Both the position numbers and the translations under genes were made by a program. 64,000 nucleotides of DNA, taken from the NCBI GenBank assembly GCA_036172245.1, contig JAYWIR010000065.1, positions 248,001-312,000 of the forward strand. Direction: 5' to 3'. The notes beneath the pieces are model-generated. The model was not told where the DNA came from. It searched no databases and saw only the letters and a list, made by a program, of their open reading frames with translations. The stretch is from Raillietiella orientalis (Eukaryota). Of the stretch, positions 25,230 to 38,319 are shown in pieces; the first letter of the stretch is position 1; each line of letters opens with the position of its first letter.

Positions 25230-26520
25230 AGGTCACATCATGTTTGCGATCTGAGGCCAATGGGTAAACTGTGTTTCCGGAATTCGAGGAATTCCATGTG
25301 ATCTTGAGGGGTAGTCAAGGTAACCCTCGAAGTGGGACCTTTCAGCACGGGTAGCCAACAGAGGGCTTTTGCGAAAAAGAAAGTTTGCATTTCTGGAGGA
25401 CACATCAAAATACTGGACACTTGATGTGCTGGACAAGCTTGAGGATGTGAACACAAGATTTTCCTAGTCTACCTTTGATGATTTTCCAATCCATGATTTA
25501 AGAAATGGTGTTTGCGGCTGCTGATTTTGTCAGGGAAAAAAGTCACAAGATGACCAGAATTACAATTGTCTGTAACTGTATGCACCTTACTATAAAGATC
25601 CTCAGCTTATGCTTCCGATGAAACGAGATTAAAGGATAATCATTCTAAAAATCGGAAATGCACTATTATCAATCTGAAAAGGAAGTTCACAGCACTTTCT
25701 CACTTTGCTCCCTTCTTTTGAGAGGATTTTTTAAAGCACAGCCGCGCATTTCCTCTTTAGAAATCTCGTCCACTGTTCCTTTTTGGAAGATTGTAAACGG
25801 GGAATGGAAGCGAATATTTGCTTTGCAGCTTTGAATCTTGCAATCTTCATACAGAATGACTGCTCGTATGCAGTTTCGAAAAGAATCCAATATACTAGAC
25901 CTGCTAATTTAAAAGAGAATGACTTCGGTCTTGAAGAAAATTTCTTCAAAGACGGTGGTCAACAAGGATCATTTATACTTTGGAAGACAAAGTTTCTACC
26001 TTTGTACATCTTCCTTATTTACAATCCTTTTCTGTCTGTTGGTAATACTTTTGTGTACACTGTCCTAAGATTCCGGAATACGGTAAGGATCATTTTGGGT
26101 TGTTTAAACAGAACGCTTGGATACATCTTAGAACAAAGGAAATTTTCGGTAACCGACGTATCGCTTTCCAATTCACTGTACAACTGTTGTATCTTGTATG
26201 ATGTGATGTGTGTGTCAACTATCAGGTCCCTCCGTTGCTTTGGCCAAACATACATGATATGAGAGTATGTACAAAGTCCATTTCGTCACATAATAGTGAA
26301 CATCATGTGACACCAATTTGATATTTTAATGTGTTTTCGCATTTATATGATTCCATAGTACAAAAAATGGTCGGCAAGTGCATACTCTTTTGGATCTGCC
26401 GACAAGTATATCTTTCAAAGTTACCTTCTAAATAAATGCAGTATATGTTGCTGGATTAAAATCTCCCAAGTCGATTAGCACCCTTACTAACTGTTCCACG
26501 AAATTCTTTTGCATGGAGCA
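25230..26520 (-). pseudogene. Unassigned AT-rich decayed coding remnant (possible EVE)
   Basis: Long stop-poor minus frames (e.g. 26019-26255, 25731-25949) with protein-like composition and no recognisable motif. Confidence 0.2.
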
Positions 26521-28319
26521 GAGATTTCCTGAATGCATCACTTATGTATAATCTAGGATTTAGGTGTGTTTACAAAGCTTAAAACTGACTCTGTTGCTGA
26601 AGTATCCCTCCGGAGAAGATTCAATATTCGCTCATAAAAAATGCCTCAGTGTGAACCAACCCGCAGATCATCGTTTCTTGTTGAATTCCTCCCATCCTTT
26701 TTTCGATGGAGAGCATCCTCCGTGTACTCGGAATAGAAAGTGGAAAACTGGAGAACCACATAGGAGGATTTCGCAGTTATGATTTGAATTCAAGAATCCG
26801 AATGAACGAAGGCTTTCTTTAGAACTAAGTTCGCAGAAGGAGATATTTTCAAGAAGACTATGCAGACCGAAATTTTCATTCCTGGTAAACAGAAAAAAAA
26901 AAAAAAAATATTTTAAAGATGGGCTCATTGAGCAGTCTTATGACTTAATTGAGATATCTTACCACTTCATGATTGTTTAATTGATATTTACTGACATGGC
27001 CGATTCGTGAACAAGCATACACATACGCAAAGACGATCAGCAGTTGGTCAGGACAATCGTGTTTATCCTGAAATGATTTTTACTTTGCGAAATTTCACAT
27101 ATATTCATATGTGAGCTCTACAAAACCACTGAAAGATGAGATTTTTTGGAAGCAACAGCAACAGATGATTTCATCTTCGGAGAAGAAAAACTGTGAGCAT
27201 AGCAAGGGATCGAGTGTCTGGAATGCATGGACCTCGGTAAGAAATACTTCTCCTCACGAGAAGTTTCTTTGGCATTTCGATGGCCTGAAATCTATTTCTT
27301 TAGAAAATATTGTAAGAGTATTTACATTTTCGCGGCAATCACCCTGATTACTAGATTAGCTCAGGAGGTATTGGTACAGTTTCATCTGCGACCACATCGA
27401 TCGCAGGTTCTCGAGGGAATTCTCTTGGTTTAAATATCAGATGGGACGGTTCGGAGAGGATTAAGACGTCAACCTAAATATCAGCGTGTATCAAATTAAG
27501 CTGAAATTTTCAGCTTGAAGTTATTTTCACTTTTTTAAAGAGTCCTCCGAATCTGTTTTTCTGGAGAATCCTGCCTTTCTGGTGTGAAAGTTACTTCACG
27601 GAATTGCCGAGGTCGAAGATTTTTCCTGAAGCTCAAACGAACCACGCAGACGTGAGGAATCAATCTGCAGTTCCATCCCGTGAAACCTTAAGGAAATTCC
27701 CCCTGATCCTCCCAGTTTCTACTTAGAACTTCCGGTAAGCTGTGCCTGCTTGAGACTCTGAGCAATTTATACGATCATTTTCTTAAATGTGAGGCTGGTT
27801 GGGTGCAGGGCAATTCTCTCAGTCTGGGTACTAACGAGTACATCCACTTCAGTGCAGCAAAAGAGCACGGATGTACCGACGCCCTGAACATCGCGATTTG
27901 ATGCTATCGTACGAGAATCAAGGTTGTGATTTCCCACTTCGAGTTAGCAGATGCAGACTGTTCTCTGGACCTCTTTTTTTTGTCAAGCTTTTTTGAAGTT
28001 CTATGACAAAGACTGAATGGAAAAGACTGAAATTCTTCGAGCTGAGCTTTTTTAATGGATCCTTTGACTTACTCGAATACTGTTTCTACTCATTTGACTG
28101 CGACGGAGCTGAGAAAAACTGCTCCTCCAAGATTCCCCCAGTTTTTCCAATGATTCTGGAGCTTGCTTCCCATTCTACAATCACCTTCCACAGCCTTGAA
28201 GGATATGAAGAATCCAGCCCATGCAGACAACTTCGCTCTGGGTTACTAGCATGTCCGCTCCTCGACTCAAAAAAGGCGCGATTGAGACCCACCCGCATTG
28301 GTGACAGCAGCAGCAGTAG

Positions 28320-30150
28320 ATGAGCGCAAGTCACGCGGCAGGCGTGACGGGGCGCGAGTGCGGGAGCTGAGCTAGAGTCCACCTGTAAGCTCTCAGCACC
28401 AACTCCAAGTAGATGCTGAAGCAGGGGGATCAGGATGCCTCTTTGCCGCATGTAGATTCGCACCGGCACACTGGACACGTGCTGGATGCTGAAAGCGATG
28501 TCGATCAACGCTCTGCGCCAGCTGGATTGCAGATTGGTCTTAAAGACGGCCGAAAAACCCATGCGATCCAGAATCTGATCTGATCTGATCCAGATCTGCT
28601 CCTGGTCGACACAGTCGGACGCTTTTTGCCGGTCGATCACAAGGGCCACTCGTATGGCCTTCTCGCCTCTGGCCGCAGGAGAATGCAAGGTTCCAGAGGA
28701 CAATCGTTCGGTTCCTTGATGTTGCAACTGAAACCATTTGCTGGCGAAGATCCATTCTTCTCCTAACAACAGAGTTGGTCTGCTACATTCTTCAACCCAT
28801 TCTGATCGCTGAGCCCCCAACTTAGCCAGCAGCTTGGCGTCTGCGTTTACAACGCTAACCGACTGCCAGCTGTCAATGTTGCAGAGGTCTTCTTTTTTGG
28901 AGAGAAGACGTACTCTTGCTGATCGGAACGAGGTATGCCGTTGGCCTGTCTCTCGGATCAGCATTGTCGGTCTGTGCACTAAGGGTGCCAGTTTTTCCGG
29001 AAATAGTTGGTAGAACTCGGTCAGTAGTTCACATACAACTGGTGCACTTCTCTTGAGCTCTCCGATAGATGCCACCACGATTTCTCCAGTCGTGAAGAAC
29101 CCAATCAGGCCGGCCGATATCCTCCTCCGATCCAACCCGCCGAACTGCACTAAGTAGCCTCGAGATGTGTGAAGCAGCATTCTCAAGGTTGGACAAAGGC
29201 CCCACCTTGAGAAAAGAGGTTGGAGTAATATTTTTTTACGAGGCGTTGTACGTGTTTCGGCCAGGAGCTCACTCGGTCTTTAGAGTTGAGCAGGTCTGCT
29301 GCAACCGAATGCCAGGTTGACTGGGATGCCATCGGAACGCACTCCACTGGGCACCTGACATCAGGCTGGGTGCCGAGAGCGAGGACTGGGAGGAAGGTTT
29401 TGTTCCTCTACTACCGTTCGGCCAAGACTTTCGGGAGAAAATGAAGAGAATACTACTCACAGAAGAGAAATATAAGCACCTGAAAGCGATGGTCACTTCC
29501 TGTGTTGATGGCACAGTCCGTTGGGAAGGTTCAGAGTTTTTCCTGAGCTTTCGGATGATTGATCTAACCTTCCTTTATATTCCAGATCTTCGTTTCAGAT
29601 CCCTTTCTGGGAGGAACTAGCTCAAGTCCGATCTTGAGATGATCCGACAGAATAGACCGTGTTTGTGTTGGCCAACCCAACTGCAAATACAGAAGGTCGT
29701 CGAAGAACTAGTAATGGATTGGAGTCCTATATCCCAGGCTCTTCTGCCAACAGGTTTGTCGTTGCCGTCCACAACCCGTTGGTTTCCGAGCTCAGTCCAG
29801 GAAGCTTGCATTATCGGAGAGCAGGCGGATGTATAAATTCCCTGCTATGAGGTGAGCAGACCCCTAGTGTTACCAGTCCACTGACTCCAGAACTCTGCCC
29901 TTTTTTGCTTGGGCTATAAGTTGCAATATGAGTGGTCGTTCGTTGCAAAGAGGTCGATCGAGTCAGACTACTTCAGCATTGGCTCATCCGACCGCTCTCG
30001 TAAAGCCCACCGCTCTTCATTGCCTGTCTTGTGTGCGGTGCAACACTGCAGGAGCGTAAGAAGGAGCATTTTACTTCAAGGGTTCTTTCTGGGAGGTGCT
30101 AGATCTAGAGAATCATCTCCATGGAAACTGCATCTGCTACGGAAACGCTA
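28320..30150 (-). mobile_element. Tx1/L1-clade LINE ORF2 remnant (APE endonuclease end and RT N-terminal half)
   Basis: 'TEFYQLFPEKLAPL...VRLLSKKEDLCNIDSWQSVSVVNADAKLLAK' and 'LVIDRQKASDCVD...LDRMGF' are L1/Tx1 RT domains 0-3. Upstream 'RIDLF...NDHS' (~29960) fits the APE C-terminus. Confidence 0.85.
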
Positions 30151-30399
30151 GATGGAAATTCCGCGAAAGAGCTTCTCTTTCCGGTGTTCCAAGGGTTGTT
30201 CGAGTTCCATATGGCCAGATGACATTTGTACCCGGTAATGCACAAACGTTTATTTGTGACAAAGGAAAACACTTTTAAATCTAACGACGTGCACAGTGAA
30301 CTAGGATCATTACAGCAGCACAGTGTTCCAGAGGGGAAGGGATAGGGGATGGGGGTTCACCGGATTTGTGGAGTCTGTTGTCCTGCAAATGATCGCCTC

Positions 30400-31670
30400 C
30401 AGTTCTTTGTAGTCTCTCGTCCCTTTACAAGCTGCTCGGAGCATCCCCTGGTTATGTGGAGAGCGTCTTTATAGAGTCTTTGGGGTTTCAGAGAGTATCT
30501 GGACACCGCGGAAGCAGACGGTTGTGAGGGATGCCGCTTTCGCTAGTCCGTTTTGTCGGAAGAATCGGCTACTGACCCAGTCTTTGGAGCCCCATCTAGG
30601 AGGGGCAGGTTGTGTGCCACTTGCCACCATTCGTATAAGAGGTCCTGAAATTATGTGAGGAGATGCGAAAAGATTTTTTTTTTGCACCGCATCCCTTGAA
30701 TAGGAAATCTACTTTATCTCGTAAGATGTGACTGGGGAGATGCTGCCACAAGGCTGGGCTGGCAGATTCCAAGAGATACATCCTTTTCAGACGTGCACCA
30801 GATTGTCGTACATCTTGAAGTGGGGGAGAGAGATGATTGTTCCGAGTCAGGCTGTTCCTCGGGAAATAAAGCATTCTGGCAAGGTATATGCCTGGGGCTC
30901 TGACTCCCTCTTGAAAAATTCTTAGCCTCTCCTGTAGTTATAAATCTTTAATCTTTCGGAGACGACGTGAGTTCCATGGATCTCCTCTGGATGTTTGAAG
31001 CCAGAGCTTCTCCGACATGGTCTTCTAGGACAGTAGCTGGCAGAGCAATACCCAAGCTCCTGCTATTTGCCGAGTTCTTCAGCTATCTCCTTTTCAAGAG
31101 CCCGCAGCTTCCCTGCAGTGTGGCTGTTCGTGGCGCAAGAATGGTCACTAGGATGGCGCGTGCGATAGATGTCCAGCCTGGCCTGTTGGCTGGAGGAGCA
31201 AATATCTTTAAGTATCACTTTACATCTTATGCTGCACCATTGGATGTTGAGCAGGACGGCACCTAAACGCTTTCTAGCGCCGGTTGAAATGAGGAGAGCA
31301 AAAAGCAAGGGCCTCATTTTGGGGGTTGTTCCAAATTGATATCCACTAAGGCAGGGGAAATCTGCCACCCTCGAAGGGAACGAGTGTTTAGATGAGTTCT
31401 TCATTAAGAGCGGGCTATTCCTCTTGGCAGCTGAATTCGTCGATTGGTCCACCCAAAGGTTTGAAATGTTTTCCTTACGGAATTCCAGACGCAGGCCACT
31501 CTTCTCTCTCGACATCGCTTGCTCCCTGGGTTAGTTCCTCAGAAAGGGAGGCCACCTTGCCCATCGAAGTCGGTAGGGGAACGAACAGAAGCAGGTCATC
31601 AGCGTATGCCAAGACCGCTGGAGTTGAGGGGGCAATTGGAGGCAAGTGTGCTAGAGTGGCTCTGTAACTC
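30400..31670 (-). mobile_element. Tx1/L1-clade RT C-terminal half
   Basis: The catalytic 'VLAYADDLLLF' (YADD at 31606-31595) is followed by 'EKSGLRLE' (SG..LN motif). Confidence 0.8.
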
Positions 31671-33400
31671 AGTGCAATAGCTGGAGAGGAAAGATCTCAA
31701 GCTGTCCTCTTCTTGATCTCCCTTCTGGCTGGCAGAAACTAATATTTAACTGAGCTACTCGCCGATAAGTGCGAAGAGTAGGGGCAAGCGCTACAGTGAT
31801 TGCAAGAGCAGCTCCTGGCCCCGACGCTGTCGAAGGCATTAAGACCAGTTGGATCAAGAGAGAGGAGAATAATTCTACCACTGTACCTGAAGGCGCCGGT
31901 TCTCCCATCTTTCCACATGGCTGCGAGGACGTCCAGCCGAGCCGCAGGTGAAGCTGGAGCGGCTCTGGGGTTCCTGGCTACGTCGTTACCACTTACCTTA
32001 CTGGCAGTCTTTGATACCTCTTCCTCGAAGGGTGAGGAAGGGGAAATGCGCGTGCCTGCTTCAGCGATTGGGTCAGGAAGACTTACCTAGTCCGATATTG
32101 CCCTACAGAGCGTCGCGTCCCTCCGAGGGGTTTTGAGAGCAGTCCGCTATCAGACTCGCACGGTTTCCTCACTTCGTCGCACTCCATGTCAAAGTCAGAT
32201 GTCACTCATGATGACCTTTGAGGGGCTTTCAACTTGCTCTTGGAAGCTCCAGCTTTGACGGAGTAGCGCGCAGGTGAGGCGGCATTAGTAGCCTCTCTGT
32301 TCACGACTTGCGCGCTTTCATCCCTGGTGGTCACGTCGATCACCGAGGTCTGTTTCCATAGCGAGGGTACTGATCCCCGAGCGTTGGTATCTTCAGGTGG
32401 TTTCTGACTTTGTGCACGCCATGAGTTCTCCTCTTCCGCTTTCGGAGGACACACTTCCTGCGCGTCCTTTTGTTCCAGTGATGCACCAGATGTAGCCGTA
32501 GCCTTTCCTGGCGCATGGGGCTGCCTGCACTGTAAATTGCCCTTAGCCTCCGTGTTTTTTTTTAATGGGTATTTTCTGAGCGTCTTTTTCCTTCCATGGG
32601 TCTTTTTCGATCGAATCAGCTGGACATAAGGCTTGAACGTGCTCCAAATAATTTCAAGGGGTGCATCTTCGGTCACACCTTCAAGTGGACTGAAGTTTTG
32701 CACAGGTCACGAAATTTGAGCTTTCCGACGTGCAGCACATCGATGGTTTCATCGTCAATGCGTAGTTCATGCGGGATGACCGACCGGCCTGCAATTGTCA
32801 TCCGCGCTCCGGCCAACCCACTGAATACTTGAAAAGGGCACTGGGTTAGAATTCTTCGCTAGATTGCGTGGTACTTGACCAGTTCGGGTACTACAGTGTC
32901 TTTCAGCATGTCAACGGTGATTTCTCTTATGTGGATCACACTTAAGTTGTCTTGTAGGTGAAACCTTCCATCCATTCACGTAACTGAATAAGACGGTCGA
33001 CCAACGTTGGATTTGAGCACCTGGCCTTGGCAGCCACGAATAATCACGAGTGCCTGGAGATTGCTGGAGCTCATTCCGATGCGAGCGGACTTGGAAACCT
33101 GGCCTACCTTGTGAGTAGAAGCAATTGTACCTATGGGCCACGCAGGCCTTGGTCCCCATTCCTATTGCTGATTCGGAGCTGGCTGCTGAGGATTGGAATT
33201 GGAATTGGAATCCCGCTATGTGGTCCTCGCTTCAGAGGCATCATCTCCAACACTGGACTTTTCCTGGATATCCACTTTATGGAATTTCTCGAGGAGTCTC
33301 TTCCATACCCTCTTTCATGAGGGATACTGACAGACCTCTCTTGACCACCCGAGCTTCACTACAAACAAGCACTCACCTGGATAACCCCCAGGGAAAGATG
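31670..33400 (-). mobile_element. LINE 5' UTR, ORF1 and start of APE (same element as 30400-31670, central part deleted)
   Basis: ORF1-like 'LEGVTEDAPLEIIWSTFKPY' with a low-complexity tail, then 'RRVAQLNI' resembling the APE N-terminal strand. Preceded by the conserved junction motif at 33372-33393. Confidence 0.55.
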
Positions 33401-33499
33401 ACCACTTAACGAAAACAACGGACTTCGGGAGCGTTCACGAAATTCGTTCTTACTCTCCGGCGTGATCTTGTTCAAAAGAATGGAGACGCTGAACAGGTC

Positions 33500-34650
33500 G
33501 CGGAGCTCCGAGAGCTTTCGCACCATTCCATTCCTTGAATGAAAGTTTCAAGGTGCACAATGACCATGACCCGTGGATTGAGAAGCTGATGAACAGAGTT
33601 TGGCCTTTTGTTCTCCACGTTCGACGAACATTAAGAACACTAAATGTGTTTTCCTAGTTAAGTAATTGAGCAAGCATCACCAGTAAGATACTGAGGTGCC
33701 TGTTGCACAATAAGGGGTCCAGGAAGCTGTTTCATCCCATGTACTGTTTCCATTACTGATCTAAAAAGAAATACGGAAGGTGTAATAGTGTTCGCGTGAA
33801 TGCAAGATGACATTTTTGATGGTAGAATGATGATGAATGAGGAATACGTATCATTATACGTAGAGTCCCGCTTGTATGTTTTGCTATGCATCCGGCACCC
33901 GGGACCTTGCTGTCATTTTCACGAATGGAAGGTGTTTCGTTTCGTTTTGGCTCCTTGAGCAACGATCTCTCCCTTGTTAGACACTCGTCTCTTTTTCTGT
34001 TAAGGGACATTTCTGTTTATGTGGGAAGATTGCTTTCGTAGCATCGACAACACTTACTCTCAAGTGATCTTATGCTCTCCGCCGAATTAGTGAAGGACAT
34101 CTTTTATTTTTCCCTCTTTGTTAGTCAACTGGCAGATGACCTCATCCATTTCAAGGAGTGATCCGTATTGGAGATTTGGTTCTTATTCTCTGTCTTCTCT
34201 GACGATTCCGAGTTATGCAACCAAGATCTTTAGCAGAAAGTGCTTTGGAAGGCTCCTTCTCCTTTCAGCTGAACGACTGCTCAATTACTTGAAACGTCCA
34301 TTTGGATGGTACTGGAGACGGCTCGAGACACTTGGAATTTTCGATGAGAAGACATCGCCGGAGCTCAAAGTTCCTTTTGAGATAGGTCCACTGTCTTTAG
34401 ATTTCTGAAAATTACTGGCTATTTATTCAAAATAGGGGCTGAGTTTCTTTCCTGTGGATAGAAACTTCTTGAGAAAGAATGAGCTCAGCCTTCGCAAATG
34501 GAACTTTGCTCTTCTGCTCCGAATATTCTCGCTTCCGTCTTCATGCCTTTCATTGTAACAAGGATTCTACTTACCTTCCCATCAACCCACTTTTCCTATT
34601 TTTGACTTGTTGATTCGAGTTGGAATATACACATCCTGAATTTATGTTTG
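33500..34650 (-). pseudogene. L: Endogenous Mononegavirales-type L RdRp core fragment
   Basis: In order: motif F 'ILVTMK-MKTEARIFG...AELIL..FYPQ' (34544-34450); motif A 'VDLSK-NFELR' (34391-34358, cf. DLSKWNxxxR); motif B 'GEGAFQ/KHF' (34262-34240, cf. GIEGLRQKLW); 'GEHKI'; 'LLHLP...SFLDPL' (~33790-33714, cf. LP..LGG...FPDP). Confidence 0.6.
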
Positions 34651-35099
34651 CACAAGAGAACATCTAAGTAATACTATAAGATGCTTGGGCGACGATATTC
34701 CGTCGTCAGTCCATGAGATGTTTTCCTATCGGAAGGGTTCACTGCGTGCGTGCTTGCGTCATGAGCTTTTCTGGTAAGCAGCAGTGAAAACAAACAAACA
34801 AACGTGGAGCGACTTTTGGTGGCAGAGCCGTTTGCTTTTCCTATTACCACTTTATTTCAGGAGCTTGTCTTTGGTCGGGTTCTAATCCAGATTACTCCGT
34901 TATTATGAGTCCGCGCCGTGTTTACCTCATTCAAATGATTCCTCGCGCGGCGAGCTGATGACCCGGTTTTTTATTCATGGGGATTGCAATCCTGGCATCG
35001 ATTAGTTCCGCTGAACGCCACTGAATGCCAGCAGCAAATTCCATTGAATACAGGAAACAAATTTCAATACTTTTTCTTTGCATGCCCGGTCACTGCTGA

Positions 35100-35575
35100 T
35101 CCAGATAATCAAGAATCACCTCCCTGAATTCTAAGCCCTCTCTTGGAATACAAGAAAAATTATTCACAGCGGAGCTCCCCAGAATTTTGATTACATCTCA
35201 TAGAAAATGGGAATCAAAGCTTTCAAGAAATGATTTGCCGAAGCATGTTACCTCAAAAGGCGTTTATTAAAGGTTCTTCCCTTCATGGAACTGGATTCAA
35301 ACATTGGATTATCTTTCTCCAGAAGATGGAATTCAACCGTCGCATCTTGCTCCCATTATCAATGAGGATGTATGGGTCTCTCATGTGACTCAAGCAAAAT
35401 TTCCTGAACGTTCTCTCAGGGAAACAAGTATCTCGTTCGAGATGAACCCATTACAGATCGAGCAACCGTGTGAAAGGAGTCATAATCAGCGGGATTGTTT
35501 CTCAATCATCTTACTGGATTCCTGCCAACATCCCGAGATGCAAAGTGCTGAGACTGGCCTAAAAAATGAACCCTT
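35100..35575 (+). pseudogene. Possible Mononegavirales L N-terminal (CR-I) fragment
   Basis: Plus-strand 'LIENGNQSFQEMI' and 'IILLDSCQHPEMQSAETGLK' resemble the GN..Y..I and GHP......GL.K motifs. Confidence 0.3.
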
Positions 35576-36419
35576 TCCTTCGTCTTCCAGAAAAAACAAA
35601 GGATGGCGCAAATTCGAGCGAGACGTTTCTGAGTTTCTACGGCTGTAGAATCGAAGTGCTCTTTTGCTTGCATCTCCAGCCACGTTCTTCTCACGGTCGC
35701 CCCGCTGTGGTATGGTGTAGACACTTGCGCACGTGCAGTTTGAATGCGGAAGGCTGCGTCCGGGATGAAAGCGCACTTCGGAAGCAATTCGGTTCGCCGA
35801 CGCTGTGCCGCAGGACCTCGCTTCCCCAGGCTCACCAGTTGCCTCCTCGCTAGCAGTTCTCTGCCAAGGTGGCTGCCAAAACGAAGGAAGAGCGCGGCCA
35901 CTGTCTAGGCAGTTCTGAGTGATCTCTGCTGCCTCCATGAGGAGAGCGACGGGGTGGCCTAGCCTGGGAAGTTAGCTTCGGAGAGTTGTCCGAAGCAAGG
36001 AGTAGGCAGACTGACCCGCCATCAATGATCACAACCCTCTCCCTTCCTCTCCTGACCTATGCAGACCCTCAGGAGTCATGCTAGTATCGCAATGTTAGCC
36101 CGTCCCATCTCTTATTTATTTATATATTGTTCCTCCTTCCTGTTCTATTCTCAGTAGTCCCTGTGGAGACCGGCCAAAAATCTGTCTCTAGCAGCATTCG
36201 ATTTGCTTTCATTTATTTATTTATTCCGAATAAATGACCCGGCAATTTGGGATGAGAGGATCGCTCGTTGCCACGGTCGCCCTTGAAATCTATGGGACTG
36301 TTTCAGGTCCATCTACGAGGAGTTTCAGTTTAAAAACTCTCTCTAGGAAGGAACGTTCTTCCGCCAGCCAAGTCGAGGCGTTTCTTGTCTTAGAGGGATA
36401 GAATAATCAAGCATAATAA

Positions 36420-37350
36420 ACACAAAAGAGGATGACTCTGGAGTACAAGAGCTTAAGGAGTGTCAGTGGCATTTAGGTCTGCAGAGGGAAGGGAAGAGAG
36501 GTCATGCGTTATCCTCTTTGCAAATTCTGCATCTCCTTGGAAATGCGGGTGGGCTCCTCTCTCACTCTTATTCTCACATGGCGCTGTTTCGCTTCTCTTC
36601 CTAGTATACATGCGATCCACTAGATCTCCCTCCCTGCCTTGCCGTCCTTGCTCCGACATGTGGCTTGCCGTTTTGATGTCGTAAGGCTTTCAGGACACAT
36701 GACTGCAATCTCCGCTGCAGGCAGCAATTCCCCACGTGTGAGCAGGAGTTCTAAGAGTCCTTGTGGATGCACTCCGGGAGAGTAATAGCCGTTGACAAAC
36801 AGGTACATTCTCAGGAAGATCACCAACTCTCATGCTGAAAGAGTCCCTGCGAGGAAGATTCGATCTTTCGACCTAACCTGACAAAGTTCTTGCCCAGTGT
36901 TGGTAGATTGCTGCTGTGCTCTTCGCTCACTGGAACTTCCCGAACAACTAGTGCAGGCGTTGCAGGACGAAGGGAATCGTCCACAGGTGCGCGAGAAAGT
37001 GGAAACCTTCAGGCACCTACTTCTGAGTTGCTGTGCCCTTGGGATCATTTGAAAACGACTCCCGGCTGCCCTGCTTCGTTCCTGATGACACTCCCAAGGA
37101 GTCGCTGCACCTCTGCTTCACGTCTGATGAGCTTTCGCTTTCTTCCCCGGTTGTCCCAATCCTGTGTTGAGTCAGCAGGATCGTGGTGTCCCAGCACACG
37201 CAGGAGGCGTACCGGCAAAGACCGAAGACACCGTACATCTCGGCTCTTCAGCGATGAGGAGTGAAGCGAGATGCTCTCACCGAAAAGAACAAGTCAATGA
37301 GGACTCTGTCTGTATCGCAGGTAGGCTGCAGAAGACACCACGGGTGTAAC
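36420..37350 (-). mobile_element. APE-type LINE remnant (ORF1 zinc-knuckle end and apurinic endonuclease)
   Basis: 'DRIFLAGT' (LQET-like), 'LFVNGYYSPG' (N.Y.P), 'IAVM', and 'PHFQ...THDL' (PTF...IDL) occur in APE order, downstream of a Cys/His cluster. Confidence 0.55.
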
Positions 37351-37449
37351 CAGCGGCTCTTTTCTCTTTCTCCCCTTTTTTACTTGTCCTGGTCCGTCCT
37401 TGTACCCGGCCTACAAGCTGGTGATTCATTCCTTTTCCTGGAGTAAGAA

Positions 37450-38300
37450 AGGCTCGTGGGGTTGATGTTCGATTCAATATGCTTGTTACAGAATTCAGCA
37501 AGTAGAAAAATCTGCACTAGAGACGAAAAACTCGATCTGCTGAGAATTGTGAGTGGCAGGCAAGTCTGAAACCCAGCAGTGTCTGCCGTCTGCAAAGTTG
37601 TCCATCATGTAGTTGCGCCTTTCTGGCCAGGAAAAAGCAGTGTCAAAGGTCACAAAGTCAGGAGGTCTGGAAAGCTGGAAGGTTACGTAATCCTGTGCTT
37701 GGCAAATCAAAATAAAAAAGAAAGTTATTTTAAAGTATTTCCTGGAGTTTACTTGAACCTCGTGAGGCTTCTCAGGCAGACTCATTCCTTGATACATGGT
37801 CTGAGTACGGAAGCGCAGCGCTTTGGATCGATTCACTTCCATGCAAATCGCTATTCACATATTTGATAGAACTACGATACCCAAGAGCTAACAGTGTACA
37901 GAAGTAGGCAGGAAGTACCTTGTAGTAATAGATAATGAGCTGTAATAGGTAGTACCTAAGAACACACTGTGAAAAACCTGGTTTTTTGAAAATGAGCTGA
38001 GGCACTCTGGAGCGCTCTTTATCCCTCCTCGCCATGTACTCCGTTTACACCTTCTGAAGAACGACCTACAAGGAAAAAGAAATAGATTACGTTCCTCTGC
38101 AACCTCTTCCTATCTCCCTTCCTCGATTTAAAGCATTCGGGAAAACTTCTGGATGTTCTGCGATACCTAAGATTTTCACCAATCTGACTGTTCCTTACTC
38201 CTTATTTTGTTGGCTACCCTCGTGTCAACAAACGGAAGAAATTCCCATACGTAGTCATAGGCCACTGGACCACTGGATATTAAAGCACACCATCCCCTTT
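37450..38300 (-). pseudogene. Possible Mononegavirales/chuvirus-like L CR-IV fragment
   Basis: 'EFLPFVDTRVANKIRE' resembles F.PR.A..I, and 'SKALRFRTQTMYQGMSLPEKPHEV' resembles A..LR..SWG..I.G...PHP.E. Confidence 0.3.
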
Positions 38301-38319
38301 CTGATGTGATTTTATTCTC

